Program-made: the position numbers and the translations under genes
Shown here: one piece after another, positions 1-9,133 of the stretch
How positions within the stretch are numbered: position 1 is the stretch's first letter
How the letters are laid out: each line of letters begins with the position of its first letter
The notes under the pieces: model-generated
What the model was told of the DNA's origin: nothing
Seen by the model: only the letters and a program-made list of their open reading frames with translations
Databases searched by the model: none
Virus record (IMG/VR): IMGVR_UViG_3300042511_000631
Coordinates: 1 to 64,000 of that record
Strand: one strand, 5' to 3'
Source: a virus
DNA: 64,000 nucleotides

Positions 1-120
1 CCAACTCCTCCACCGCCAACTCCTCCACCGCCAACTCCTCCACCGCCAACTCCTCCACCGCCAACTCCTCCACCGCCAACTCCTCCACCGCCAACTCCTC
101 CACCGCCAACTCCACCGCCT
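1..120 (+). repeat. 15-bp coding tandem repeat (CCAACTCCTCCACCG)
   Basis: 7 perfect copies (1-105) plus one variant copy (106-120). Confidence 0.97.
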
Positions 121-240
121 CCGGCGTGTACCCCTGGCGCGGATTGCGCATCGTTCTGTAACGAGTTTGATGCTTTGTACTACTACTACTTGTATGATTC
201 AAGTTGTAACTGTGTTTACTCGGGCTATACGTTCTGTTAG
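1..240 (+). CDS. 3' end of a Pro-rich protein: (PTPPP)n followed by a 6-Cys C-terminal tail (5' truncated by window edge)
   Basis: Frame 1 is open from base 1: (PTPPP)x8-PACTPGADCASFCNEFDALYYYYLYDSSCNCVYSGYTFC-TAG; not in the ORF track. Confidence 0.8.
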   Translation, partial: PTPPPPTPPPPTPPPPTPPPPTPPPPTPPPPTPPPPTPPPPACTPGADCASFCNEFDALYYYYLYDSSCNCVYSGYTFC

Positions 241-252
241 GATGTGCTAATG
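235..252 (+). promoter_or_regulatory. extended -10 promoter, leaderless start
   Basis: TGt-TAGGAT (238-243), 6 nt, ATG (250). Confidence 0.55.
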
Positions 253-624
253 ATTGCAAAAGTTAGCGCACCTAAGCCGTACGCGGTGATGATTGATGGG
301 GAGTACGCTCTGCCATTTTTCTTTCCTTCAGAAGGCACAGATGAAGTGGTTATGATGACAGCGGCTCTTCAAAGCAACCCAACAATTACATATGTTGGTC
401 TTGAGGCTGACGGTAACTTATGCAAATACTCTGTTTCTGTAGAAGGAGAGTTTGTAGGGTTTATTCACTACATCAATAAAGCGGATGAACCGCACCCTGC
501 GGCGATCAACGCTGCCTTACAGAGCAATCCAACATTTATTCCGATCCCAGTAGATGGCCCAGTTAGGATTGATCAAGAGTGGACGTATGATGGTTCTACG
601 TTTACTCCTGTTGTTAAGGAATAG
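250..624 (+). CDS. hypothetical protein with an internal duplication
   Basis: AALQSNPT occurs twice; WTYDGSTF-type C-terminus often seen next to phage fibre genes. Confidence 0.75.
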   Translation: MIAKVSAPKPYAVMIDGEYALPFFFPSEGTDEVVMMTAALQSNPTITYVGLEADGNLCKYSVSVEGEFVGFIHYINKADEPHPAAINAALQSNPTFIPIPVDGPVRIDQEWTYDGSTFTPVVKE

Positions 625-626
625 CC

Positions 627-863
627 ATGTCGGAGTTATCGCCATGGCAAAAATATAAAGAAAAAATGGGTGATACTCGCCCGTGGGATTTACTAAACCC
701 TGAAAAGAATCGAGCTAGCGAGGAAGTCGCAAACACTCGGTATGAGGTGTGCTTAACCTGCCCAGAGTTTATTAACGTCACTAAACAATGTAAACAGTGC
801 GGGTGTTTTATGGCAGCTAAAACTAAGCTAGAAGCAGCTGTTTGCCCCTTAGGAAAGTGGTAA
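627..863 (+). CDS. small Cys-rich protein (DUF6171-like)
   Basis: RYEVCLTC...QCKQCGCFM...CPLGKW. Confidence 0.7.
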   Translation: MSELSPWQKYKEKMGDTRPWDLLNPEKNRASEEVANTRYEVCLTCPEFINVTKQCKQCGCFMAAKTKLEAAVCPLGKW

Positions 864-865
864 GT

Positions 866-1432
866 ATGTTTAACGCAAAAACCCAAGGAAACTTTATTCC
901 TCAAGACAAGGTTGATTACATCCTTGACATTGTTTCTAAGAACGATTACTGGGAGCCGTCAAGCAGTGAGTTCTGGGACAAGCGAGTTATTAATATTTCA
1001 AAGTCCTACAGCGTAGATAAAGATCTTGGAGACTTTTTAAAGGAAACTGCGCTTAGAATTAAAGAGTTTATTGAACAAGAATACACTTTAATGGATGAGG
1101 TGTACCCAGACGTTATGACTATCAATCGGTGGTTTCCCGGAATGGAACAACCGCCTCATGCAGATGACATGACTAACACAGATGTTAAAGGTCTAGAGCA
1201 TCGAGTCTTTGGGTCAATCATTTATTTAAATACTGACTATACCGGAGGTCATACTTACTACCCTAATCACGGGGTAGAGATCGTGCCAGAGGCGGGAAAG
1301 CTAGCGGTTCACCCCGGAAACGTAGAGCATCTACATGGTGTCACTAAGCTTGAAGGAAACACCCGATACACGTTATCTGCGTTTTGGGTTCACGATAAGG
1401 ACAAGTCAATTGCCTGGCCCCTATATCAATGA
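866..1432 (+). CDS. 2OG-Fe(II) oxygenase, prolyl 4-hydroxylase-like
   Basis: HAD...IIYLNTDYTGG...HGV...RY: HxD..H facial triad plus 2OG-binding Arg. Confidence 0.9.
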   Translation: MFNAKTQGNFIPQDKVDYILDIVSKNDYWEPSSSEFWDKRVINISKSYSVDKDLGDFLKETALRIKEFIEQEYTLMDEVYPDVMTINRWFPGMEQPPHADDMTNTDVKGLEHRVFGSIIYLNTDYTGGHTYYPNHGVEIVPEAGKLAVHPGNVEHLHGVTKLEGNTRYTLSAFWVHDKDKSIAWPLYQ

Positions 1433-2162
1433 CCCAGGGCATGAAGTCCCTGACAACACAATTTTAATTGTCCCACATTCTTTTGAGGACACCAGTAAGT
1501 ACAACGACATCATTCTTCCGTTAAAAGGAGAAGCTAAGCGCGACTGGTTTACATCGCATTTTTATTATTGTTTACCTCTAACCATTGGAAATCAATACGG
1601 TTTTGTTATTAAGTCTTTGCGGGATTTTGATGTGACTTGGTCAGGAGGCTTAGCTCAAGCTGAGATCACATTTACTGATGGCTTAAACGGCGCTCCTCAA
1701 ATTATTTCAAACGGTTTTGGGTCTGGGATCATTACCGTACAGAACTACTTTGCTATAAAAACTCCAATAGGCGTAAACGTCATGGTCATCCAACCGCCAA
1801 ATATGTTTACACCTGGACTTGTGGCAATGACAGCAGTTATTGAGGCTGATCAAATTCGCCGAGACTTTACCTTTAACTTAAAAATCACTGTGCCTAACTA
1901 CAAAATAAGTGTTAAGCGCGGGGACGCGGTGGGGGCATTTATCCCTATCCCTAGGTACTTTGTAGATAAGTTTGAAGTAGCTTCCGTCAAAGACGTTTTT
2001 CCTGATGAGCTTCATTTAAATGAGATATCTGAGTCAAACGCCTTAGGCCGTGAGAGGAACAACATTGACCGCAGCAGGCCACACGCGTCTGGTAGGCGGT
2101 ATTTTAACGGTAAACATGTAGATGACAGCTCCTACCCTGACCATCAAAAGCGAGTCCGCTAA
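1410..2162 (+). CDS. DUF6065-like protein
   Basis: RDWF..HFYYCLPLTIGNQYGF; similar to 24499..25221; TTG start after AAGGA. Confidence 0.7.
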   Translation: MPGPYINDPGHEVPDNTILIVPHSFEDTSKYNDIILPLKGEAKRDWFTSHFYYCLPLTIGNQYGFVIKSLRDFDVTWSGGLAQAEITFTDGLNGAPQIISNGFGSGIITVQNYFAIKTPIGVNVMVIQPPNMFTPGLVAMTAVIEADQIRRDFTFNLKITVPNYKISVKRGDAVGAFIPIPRYFVDKFEVASVKDVFPDELHLNEISESNALGRERNNIDRSRPHASGRRYFNGKHVDDSSYPDHQKRVR

Positions 2163-2245
2163 CCCTGACAAGTCCTAAATACTCTTAGACAATAGGAACT
2201 GCACCCCGATCAGGTGCTATACCACTCTAGAGAATAGGTCAATAA

Positions 2246-3187
2246 ATGGCATTAGACACTGGCGGAAACGTCAAAGTAGATTACGTATGGGGCAACTTCC
2301 CTATGCAACCAAATGATATTCGTACTGAAACAGCCGCATCTAATATTGGTGGCTCAACAGGGGATTACGGCTGGGCAGCTACAACAGCTGTAACAGGCGC
2401 TCGTCTTGACGCAGCTTTGGATAGCCACGCTATCGCAGAAGCAGGATGGTCAGGCTACCCAGATTTTACAGCTGGCACAGGCAACTACATCATCACAGCA
2501 GTTTCAGGTGATGGAACAACAGTTACATACACCTCACAGAACAAGCTTGCAGTTGGAGACTCAGTTAATGTGACTGGTCTTTCAGCAGGTGCTTACAACC
2601 TTTCAGCAGCAACTGTTGCTACAGCAGATGCTCTTAAGTTTACAGTGACCAACGCAGCTAACGCTGGAGCTTTAACAGGCCAGTACGGCAAGGTTCAGCT
2701 AACAACTGCTCTAACAGCAGCTGATGGCGCGGGCATCGGATACATCAACGTACCTAACGTACTTGGTGATACAACAGCCGTAGCTCTTGATGAGCTTAAG
2801 GATGCTGGTTACGAAGCGGCTAATATCACTACAGCTTCAGCAGCATCTAACGTCGGTAAAACTATTACAGCAGCAGCCCGTACAGCAGGTTCAGCGGTTA
2901 TCTCAATTACTTGTGCAAGCCACGGCTTTGTTGCAGGTAACAAGGTAACAGTCTCTGATGTTTCTGGTGGAGATGGCGTAAACGGAGTTTGGACAGTTCT
3001 TGCTGTTACAAACGCAAACGTGTTCACTGTAACTGGAACAGCCACAACAGTTCAGGCTCTAACAAGTCTTGCTGGTGTTGTTTCTGGTGTTGCTGGAACA
3101 ATCAAGACTCAGTCAGTTGCAGCTGGAACAGCTTCAGTGCTTTCAACAGCTACAATCACAATCACACCGTTCGCAACAGCTTCATAG
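2246..3187 (+). CDS. Ala/Thr/Gly-rich putative virion/adhesin protein with a PASTA-like segment
   Basis: VPNVLGDTTAVALDELKDAGY; two beta-rich repeats (LAVGDSVNVTG, HGFVAGNKVTVS). Confidence 0.6.
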   Translation: MALDTGGNVKVDYVWGNFPMQPNDIRTETAASNIGGSTGDYGWAATTAVTGARLDAALDSHAIAEAGWSGYPDFTAGTGNYIITAVSGDGTTVTYTSQNKLAVGDSVNVTGLSAGAYNLSAATVATADALKFTVTNAANAGALTGQYGKVQLTTALTAADGAGIGYINVPNVLGDTTAVALDELKDAGYEAANITTASAASNVGKTITAAARTAGSAVISITCASHGFVAGNKVTVSDVSGGDGVNGVWTVLAVTNANVFTVTGTATTVQALTSLAGVVSGVAGTIKTQSVAAGTASVLSTATITITPFATAS

Positions 3188-3200
3188 TCTCAACACAAAC

Positions 3201-3233
3201 AAAAAGCCCCCGGCTAATAACCGGGGGCTTTTT
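3201..3233. terminator. bidirectional intrinsic terminator
   Basis: AAAAAGCCCCCGG-ctaataa-CCGGGGGCTTTTT between convergent genes. Confidence 0.9.
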
Positions 3234-3234
3234 G

Positions 3235-3495
3235 CTATGTAAATTGTCTTTTAGACCGTCTTGATATATTTTTACGTTCGTCTTCCGTTGTTCCCGCCCA
3301 GATCCCGCGTTCGCGGTTTTCTAAAGCCCAAGTAAGGCAAGCGGCGTTGAAATCACATGTTCTACATATAGCTTTGATTTGTCGTGCCGCGGAAGCTTCT
3401 TCAATTCTATCCGTTGGAAAGAATGTTTCTAAGTCCACTTTACGACAAGGTTGTGTGCCATCAAAGGCCGGAGCCTTATACGTGCATTTGTCCAT
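3235..3495 (-). CDS. whiB: WhiB-family transcription factor
   Basis: C..D...FFP, CxxC, C, GIWAG turn motif. Confidence 0.92.
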   Translation of the reverse strand: MDKCTYKAPAFDGTQPCRKVDLETFFPTDRIEEASAARQIKAICRTCDFNAACLTWALENRERGIWAGTTEDERKNISRRSKRQFT

Positions 3496-3498
3496 GTA

Positions 3499-4008
3499 TT
3501 ATTCCTTTGGGAATGCTTTTAGGAAGCTCTCGTATCTTTCACCATTAGTTTGATTTTGGTACACCTTCCAAGATGACCAGTCTTTTCCACCGTTAGACAT
3601 GTGAAACGCTATCTCAGCGTTTGTAACGGGGTTAAAGAGGTCTGCGTTAGAGTCTAGGTTAAACTTTTTCCTTCGGTCTTCCCCTAGGCTTCCAATCATG
3701 TTGATCTGGAAGACTCCATATGAATTGTCGCCAGTGCCGCTATTTCCGTTGTGCGCTACTGGTCGACCGTTTGATTCTTTCATAGCAACTGCCCAAGCGG
3801 TCTTGAGAGCTTTTCCCTCAAAACCAACCGCTTCTAATAGATCTTTTAATTCTGCTTTGGTAAGAACCTTAGCTTCTTTAAATGTATCTAACGGGCTCAC
3901 AACTTTAATAACTTCTGGAACTACTGGTTCTGCCATTACTGGCGGACAGTTACCCCACAAAATTAAAAAAGTTGCTACTACTGCTGTACGTTTTCTGATA
4001 TTAAGCAT
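3499..4008 (-). CDS. secreted lysozyme-like/lytic transglycosylase
   Basis: N-terminal signal peptide; AVAMKESNG (catalytic Glu), YGVFQIN, W..W motif. Confidence 0.85.
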   Translation of the reverse strand: MLNIRKRTAVVATFLILWGNCPPVMAEPVVPEVIKVVSPLDTFKEAKVLTKAELKDLLEAVGFEGKALKTAWAVAMKESNGRPVAHNGNSGTGDNSYGVFQINMIGSLGEDRRKKFNLDSNADLFNPVTNAEIAFHMSNGGKDWSSWKVYQNQTNGERYESFLKAFPKE

Positions 4009-4127
4009 TGCTGCTCCTCTCAGTAGGCAAAAGCCGGTATCGCTACCGGCTCTGTCATGTTCTAGACTGCCACAGCCTTACAGCCAAAGTCAAGTGGAAG
4101 TAAATATATTTTGTTTACTATGACAAG

Positions 4128-4168
4128 TTATCCACAAGAAACTAACATTTAACAAGTAGTTATCCACA
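4128..4168 (+). promoter_or_regulatory. two consensus DnaA boxes
   Basis: TTATCCACA at 4128-4136 and 4160-4168 in an AT-rich divergent intergenic region. Confidence 0.6.
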
Positions 4169-4230
4169 TTTTTTGTGCTTTTATTCGGAAAACCATTCTG
4201 TGATCAAATTTAAATTGACATTTCTACAGA

Positions 4231-4464
4231 ATGGGTATATTTGTGGTCACGGCTGATAAGATTGTTATTGCTCTCTTCCTTCTTGCGCAAACAGGGGCAG
4301 CAATCAAGTACTTTATGCGCCTTGAAAAGCGTCTAGACAGGATCGACTACCAGCTATATGAGAATGGCGGGAGTTCGATGAAAGACCAAATGAACGATAC
4401 CCGCGATGATCTACAGGAGCTTAAGACCAGTTTTTTAGTCTTAAAGGCTAAACTAGGGGAATAA
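4231..4464 (+). CDS. small membrane protein of the lysis cassette
   Basis: N-terminal TM helix, NGGSS motif, coiled coil; lies upstream of the endolysin. Confidence 0.65.
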   Translation: MGIFVVTADKIVIALFLLAQTGAAIKYFMRLEKRLDRIDYQLYENGGSSMKDQMNDTRDDLQELKTSFLVLKAKLGE

Positions 4465-4480
4465 CCCCTAAGGAGATCAA

Positions 4481-5041
4481 ATGGCAGAGATGGGAACAGT
4501 CGAGAAGCTTATCGACGTAGCCGAAGATGAAATTGGTACTATTGAAGGTCCTAAGGACAATGAGACAAAGTACGGCGCTTTTACTAAGTCTAACTTTCAG
4601 CCATGGTGCGGAAGCTTTGTAAACTGGTGCGGTGACCAAGCGGGAGTAAAAATCCCTAAGACTGTGTACACCCCTTCCGGCGCAGACGCATTTAAAAAGT
4701 CTGGTCGTTGGGAAGACGCAGCCGCTGCCACCCCAAAGAAAGGCGATATCGCCTATTTTGATTTCCCGGCAGATGGCGTCAATCGAATCTCGCATGTTGG
4801 AATTGTTGTAAAGGTAAACAAAGATGGCACCGTTATGTGCATCGAGGGCAACACCTCAGGTGACAAAAAGGGTGACCAGCGCAATGGTGGAGAAGTTTGC
4901 TTAAAACTCCGCGGGTACAAGAAAAACCCAAAGAATGTTATGATTTCTATTGTTGGATTTGGACGCCCTAAGTTCGTCGAGGCTCCAAGTGCAGATGCCC
5001 CAGCCGCAGCTGCTGCAAAATGTCCAACCTGCGGTAAGTAA
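4481..5041 (+). CDS. CHAP-domain endolysin
   Basis: PWCGSFV (Cys), SHVGIV (His), IEGNT. Confidence 0.9.
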   Translation: MAEMGTVEKLIDVAEDEIGTIEGPKDNETKYGAFTKSNFQPWCGSFVNWCGDQAGVKIPKTVYTPSGADAFKKSGRWEDAAAATPKKGDIAYFDFPADGVNRISHVGIVVKVNKDGTVMCIEGNTSGDKKGDQRNGGEVCLKLRGYKKNPKNVMISIVGFGRPKFVEAPSADAPAAAAAKCPTCGK

Positions 5042-5055
5042 CTAAGGAGATTCAC

Positions 5056-5298
5056 ATGAGACTAAATAAAAAGACAAAGGCAATGCTGGCATCTTACGGC
5101 CGTTCATTTCTTTCTGCGGCAATCGCTGTAAACGCAACCGGTAACAACGACTTAAAGTCAATTGTTATTGCTGCTCTAGCGGCTACTTTGCCCGTAGCAA
5201 TTCGTGCAATTAACCCAAAAGACCCAGCATTTGGCGTAGCCGCAAAGATGGCTAGTGACGTACTAGCTAAGGCTGCAAAGAAAAAGACAACTAAGTAA
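5056..5298 (+). CDS. putative holin
   Basis: Two hydrophobic segments, basic C-terminus, directly after the endolysin. Confidence 0.7.
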   Translation: MRLNKKTKAMLASYGRSFLSAAIAVNATGNNDLKSIVIAALAATLPVAIRAINPKDPAFGVAAKMASDVLAKAAKKKTTK

Positions 5299-5308
5299 TT
5301 AACAACTT

Positions 5309-5337
5309 GGGGGGTAGGACACAACCTGCCCCCTTTT
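5309..5337 (+). terminator. probable intrinsic terminator
   Basis: GGGGGTAGG-acacaa-CCTGCCCCC-TTTT. Confidence 0.6.
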
Positions 5338-5356
5338 GTTGTATACTGGAGGAACT

Positions 5357-5563
5357 ATGACTATTAAATGTGCTAACTGCGACCGCGACGCTATCTACAC
5401 CTGTGCTGACCCAGGAGTTAATCCTGTGGACTATTGCGGAGAGTGCCTACCATCTTGGATGGCAGACCGCGCTAACGCAAACCATTTCCCATTGGTGACT
5501 CCTGAAAAGTCATCTAAGAAAAAAGCAGAGGCAACTGAGGCTCCTGCAAGTGAAGATAACTAA
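5357..5563 (+). CDS. hypothetical Zn-finger protein
   Basis: CANC...CGEC; GGAGG RBS. Confidence 0.7.
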   Translation: MTIKCANCDRDAIYTCADPGVNPVDYCGECLPSWMADRANANHFPLVTPEKSSKKKAEATEAPASEDN

Positions 5564-5813
5564 ACACCAAGCTATACAGGTTCATCCAGTCCCTAGCCAG
5601 TTAACTGCACCGCAAGGCCCGTTCCCTAAAGAACTCTTTAGAGAATCAAAAATTATTACAGATTACGCTTCTCAATATGCTGAGGATGGCGCAGAGTTTG
5701 CGCTTGGCGGAACTGTTCAAAATAACTTTAAGCCCATTAAATTTCTACGATGCGCGTATTGTTTAGTTCGTGTACCAGAGAACGAAACTCAAGACCATGA
5801 ATGTGACGAGTAA
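5550..5813 (+). CDS. hypothetical protein
   Basis: C-terminal CxxC...HxC; overlaps neighbouring genes. Confidence 0.65.
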   Translation: MKITKHQAIQVHPVPSQLTAPQGPFPKELFRESKIITDYASQYAEDGAEFALGGTVQNNFKPIKFLRCAYCLVRVPENETQDHECDE

Positions 5814-6349
5814 TGGCCGAAAGCTTTAGACCCAATAAAAAACAGCGCGAAACTATGCGCCGTCGATTTGACGAAGCTAAAGAAGAACTTGGCCGCCTAA
5901 ACGACTTTGACTCGCGTGTCCCTAAGGATGTAGTTGAAGCGGGTACTAAAATGGAAACCGCCCCTACTCGTATCCCAAGTCGCCCTAGAGCAAAAAGTAT
6001 TGGGTATAACTCGACCAGCAGAACTCTTTATATTATTTTTAGAGATAACGCTTGGTGGGAGTACCGCAACGTTCCAATTAAATACTGGGTTGGTTTACAG
6101 AACTCAAACTCTACCGGTGACTATCTAAGAACTGTGGGAAACCCTCCGTTAGATAAATGGCCAGATATGGGGCCAGCTAATCTAGACAATATGTCAACTG
6201 AAGCTAAAACTAGACTTAACGAAAACGCCCTTAGTTCAGAACGCATTCAAGCTGAGATAGACTTTGTTAGAGATAAGACTAAAAGGGTTGAAGCAAAGCC
6301 GATACCTGAAAAGTTTAAAACTACAGGGTTTAAGGGGATGTTTGATTAA
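5813..6349 (+). CDS. KTSC-domain protein
   Basis: SIGYNSTSRTLYIIF....WEYRNVP.......NSNSTGDY. Confidence 0.75.
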   Translation: MAESFRPNKKQRETMRRRFDEAKEELGRLNDFDSRVPKDVVEAGTKMETAPTRIPSRPRAKSIGYNSTSRTLYIIFRDNAWWEYRNVPIKYWVGLQNSNSTGDYLRTVGNPPLDKWPDMGPANLDNMSTEAKTRLNENALSSERIQAEIDFVRDKTKRVEAKPIPEKFKTTGFKGMFD

Positions 6350-6640
6350 ATGAAAGTATTCGGGCCAATATACGTCGGAAAGCTTTACTACTGGCACAGA
6401 CATTTACTGCCTATTGTTGAGGTGGGAACTACCCAAGAAACAGATATGCCTTACCGCAAAGGTAAATGCCTAGTCTTTCGTGCACCATTTACTAAGCCCG
6501 GGTACTACCTTGGTCTGTGGGTAGAGCGCCCTAAAATTGACTGGGATGACGACGACCGCATTGATAAGCTACTCTCTGATGCTATGAGGGGTCGTACCGC
6601 TTGGACTCCAGATAAAGGGGCTTACGATGATGTTTTTTAA
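6350..6640 (+). CDS. hypothetical protein
   Basis: ORF in a tightly coupled run. Confidence 0.65.
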   Translation: MKVFGPIYVGKLYYWHRHLLPIVEVGTTQETDMPYRKGKCLVFRAPFTKPGYYLGLWVERPKIDWDDDDRIDKLLSDAMRGRTAWTPDKGAYDDVF

Positions 6641-6872
6641 TAAGAAACCCCAAACATGGGATAAACCTTTTTCAGAAAAAGTAGCTAAGCGTGTTTCTAA
6701 GATCCCTACGGCTGAGCTAGAGATGTGGGTAGACCAAGCCATTTATGAAGTTGGCCGTTGTCTATCTGGGTTTTCTAAAAGCCGTGAACAAGTTTTCTTA
6801 GAAGAAGCTCGCACCGGCGCGGAGGCTCTTCACGCCGTAGTTGAAGAGCTTTACAAACGCAATACGCGTTAA
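6627..6872 (+). CDS. hypothetical protein
   Basis: ORF in a tightly coupled run. Confidence 0.65.
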   Translation: MMFFNKKPQTWDKPFSEKVAKRVSKIPTAELEMWVDQAIYEVGRCLSGFSKSREQVFLEEARTGAEALHAVVEELYKRNTR

Positions 6873-6936
6873 ATAGATTTGTCGACTTTGTGCTAGACTA
6901 CGCTTGCCTCTCTTCCTCTCCCCGTATGGTGGCACC

Positions 6937-6974
6937 AAAAGGCCCTGGGTTTAAACGCCCAGGCTTTTTGTTTT
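6937..6974 (+). terminator. intrinsic terminator
   Basis: CCTGGG-tttaaacg-CCCAGG stem followed by CTTTTTGTTTT. Confidence 0.75.
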
Positions 6975-6993
6975 CTTCTAGACTAAGGGCAGC

Positions 6994-8586
6994 ATGAGCG
7001 ATCAACCGATATTAGAAGACGATGAAGAAGAGTTCTTTCTAGACGTAGACGATGATGAAGATCTTTCTCCAGAAGAAGAGCCCGACGATGAACTTGACGA
7101 GCTCTCTAAAGAGTTTGTAAAAAAGATCGTAGATCGCTGCATTCAGTTTCAAACAGCCCTTGTAGGCCATGAGCTACACCCTTATCAAATGCCCCTTGCG
7201 CGTCGTGTTATTGAGTCTGTAATCATTAACGATGGTGAAGAAATTACCGCGCTTGCCGCACGTCAGTCAGGCAAGTCAGAAACTATTGCTAACACAGTAG
7301 CCGCGTTAATGGTGCTACTTCCACGCTTAGCTTTAATGTACCCAGATTTACTAGGTAAGTTTAAAGACGGTATTTGGATTGGTATGTTTGCTCCAGTTGA
7401 GGGTCAGGTAGAAACACTATTTGGTAGAACCGTTAACCGCCTTACATCAGAACGCGCACTAGAGATCTTGGGAGATCCTGAGATCGATGACTCCCTGGGT
7501 AAAGTGCCGGGCGTTACACGGCAGATTAAACTTAAGAACTCTGGCTCATCTCTAATGATGATGACAGCTAACCCCCGCGCAAAAATCGAGTCTAAGTCTT
7601 TCCACCTTATTGTAATTGACGAGTGTCAAGAGGCGGATGACTTTGTAGTGTCAAAGTCCATCTCCCCAATGCTTGCGTACTACTCAGGAACTATGGTTAA
7701 GACCGGAACCCCGACTACGCATAAGAATAACTTTTACCGCTCAATCCAGTTAAACAAGCGTAGGCAGACTGGCCGCAGCTCGCGTCAAAACCACTTTGAG
7801 TGGGATTGGCGGGATGTCGCTAAATGTAACGTGAACTACGGTAAGTTCATTAAGAAAGAAAAACTCCGTATTGGTGAGGACTCTGACGAGTTCCAGATGT
7901 CATACTCATGTAAATGGTTGCTGGAGCGCGGTATGTTCGTTACTTCCGCAATCATGGATGAACTCGGGGATACTTCTCAAGAGGTTGTAAAAGCTTGGCA
8001 CCGATCCCCAGTAGTTGTAGGTATTGACCCCGCACGAAAGTTAGACTCAACTGTAGTTACTGTTGTTTGGGTTGACTGGGATCGCCCAGATGAGTTTGGT
8101 TATTTTGATCATCGTATTTTAAATTGGATGGAGATCCAAGGTGATGATTGGGAAGATCAATACTTCCAAATTGTAAGTTTTCTCGCTAACTACGATGTAC
8201 TAGCTGTAGGTGTAGATGCGAATGGTGTTGGTGACGCCGTAGCCCAGCGCCTTAAACTTTTATTACCAAGAGCTGAAGTTCACGCTATAGGCAGTAGCCA
8301 GCCTGAGCAATCTAAACGTTGGAAGCACCTTAAAGCTCTTATTGATCGCCGTATGGTGGGGTGGCCGGCTCACGCTAAAACTCGCCGACTTCGTACTTGG
8401 AAACGTTTTTACCAGCAAATGACTGACTTAGAAACTAAGTTCCAAGGCCCTAACTTCTTGGCACATGCCCCGGAAGAAGCTCACGCCCACGACGATTTTG
8501 CCGACTCTTTGGCTATCGCGGTCTGTTTAACAATAGATCTAACTATGCCATCCGTAGAAGTCTCTTCATCACCGTTTTATAGATAG
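6994..8586 (+). CDS. terL: terminase large subunit
   Basis: ARQSGKS Walker A, LIVIDE Walker B, VVVGIDPA RNase H-like nuclease, HDDFADS. Confidence 0.95.
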   Translation: MSDQPILEDDEEEFFLDVDDDEDLSPEEEPDDELDELSKEFVKKIVDRCIQFQTALVGHELHPYQMPLARRVIESVIINDGEEITALAARQSGKSETIANTVAALMVLLPRLALMYPDLLGKFKDGIWIGMFAPVEGQVETLFGRTVNRLTSERALEILGDPEIDDSLGKVPGVTRQIKLKNSGSSLMMMTANPRAKIESKSFHLIVIDECQEADDFVVSKSISPMLAYYSGTMVKTGTPTTHKNNFYRSIQLNKRRQTGRSSRQNHFEWDWRDVAKCNVNYGKFIKKEKLRIGEDSDEFQMSYSCKWLLERGMFVTSAIMDELGDTSQEVVKAWHRSPVVVGIDPARKLDSTVVTVVWVDWDRPDEFGYFDHRILNWMEIQGDDWEDQYFQIVSFLANYDVLAVGVDANGVGDAVAQRLKLLLPRAEVHAIGSSQPEQSKRWKHLKALIDRRMVGWPAHAKTRRLRTWKRFYQQMTDLETKFQGPNFLAHAPEEAHAHDDFADSLAIAVCLTIDLTMPSVEVSSSPFYR

Positions 8587-8664
8587 TTACCACTTTAGGC
8601 TGTTTATCACCATCAAAAGTAGGACACTTTTACCGAGGTCCTCAAACCAATTTAGGAGTAAATA

Positions 8665-9063
8665 ATGGCAATTGCACCAGATCCAAAATTCCCAGAGCGT
8701 CCAGGCACAACTTACGATCGTAAGTTCTCACCTGCAACACCAGGACAGCGCGGCCCACTTCGTTTTGAAGAAGGTATCGCAACTGACACAGACGTGCCAA
8801 TGCAGTTCACAAACGGCGCCATGCAAGGCTACATGCCTGCAGCGGGTCGTCCAAACCGCAACGCACCTGTTCACACAAAGACAGCTGAAGAAACAATGCG
8901 CGAGCGTGCTCACGTAGGTTCTGCAGCTTGGGTAGAAGCCCCAGCAAGTCTAAATGACTTTGCTTCAGGTGCTTTCGCAGATCACGGCGACAACCGTTTC
9001 GAACAAGTAGTTCGCAGTGGCGCTCACCAAAATTCTGCTAACCCATCCGTAGTAAACGACTAA
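8665..9063 (+). CDS. hypothetical protein (head region)
   Basis: AGGAG RBS, codon usage like the highly expressed structural genes. Confidence 0.75.
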   Translation: MAIAPDPKFPERPGTTYDRKFSPATPGQRGPLRFEEGIATDTDVPMQFTNGAMQGYMPAAGRPNRNAPVHTKTAEETMRERAHVGSAAWVEAPASLNDFASGAFADHGDNRFEQVVRSGAHQNSANPSVVND

Positions 9064-9133
9064 TTAGCTTCTCGCAACCCTGCCTCAGTTACTTGGGGCA
9101 GGGGCGCGAGGCTTCCTATAATAGGAGACACAC

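Noticed and set aside
1-120. CRISPR array
   Set aside because: Contiguous 15-bp units with no spacers; an in-frame coding repeat.
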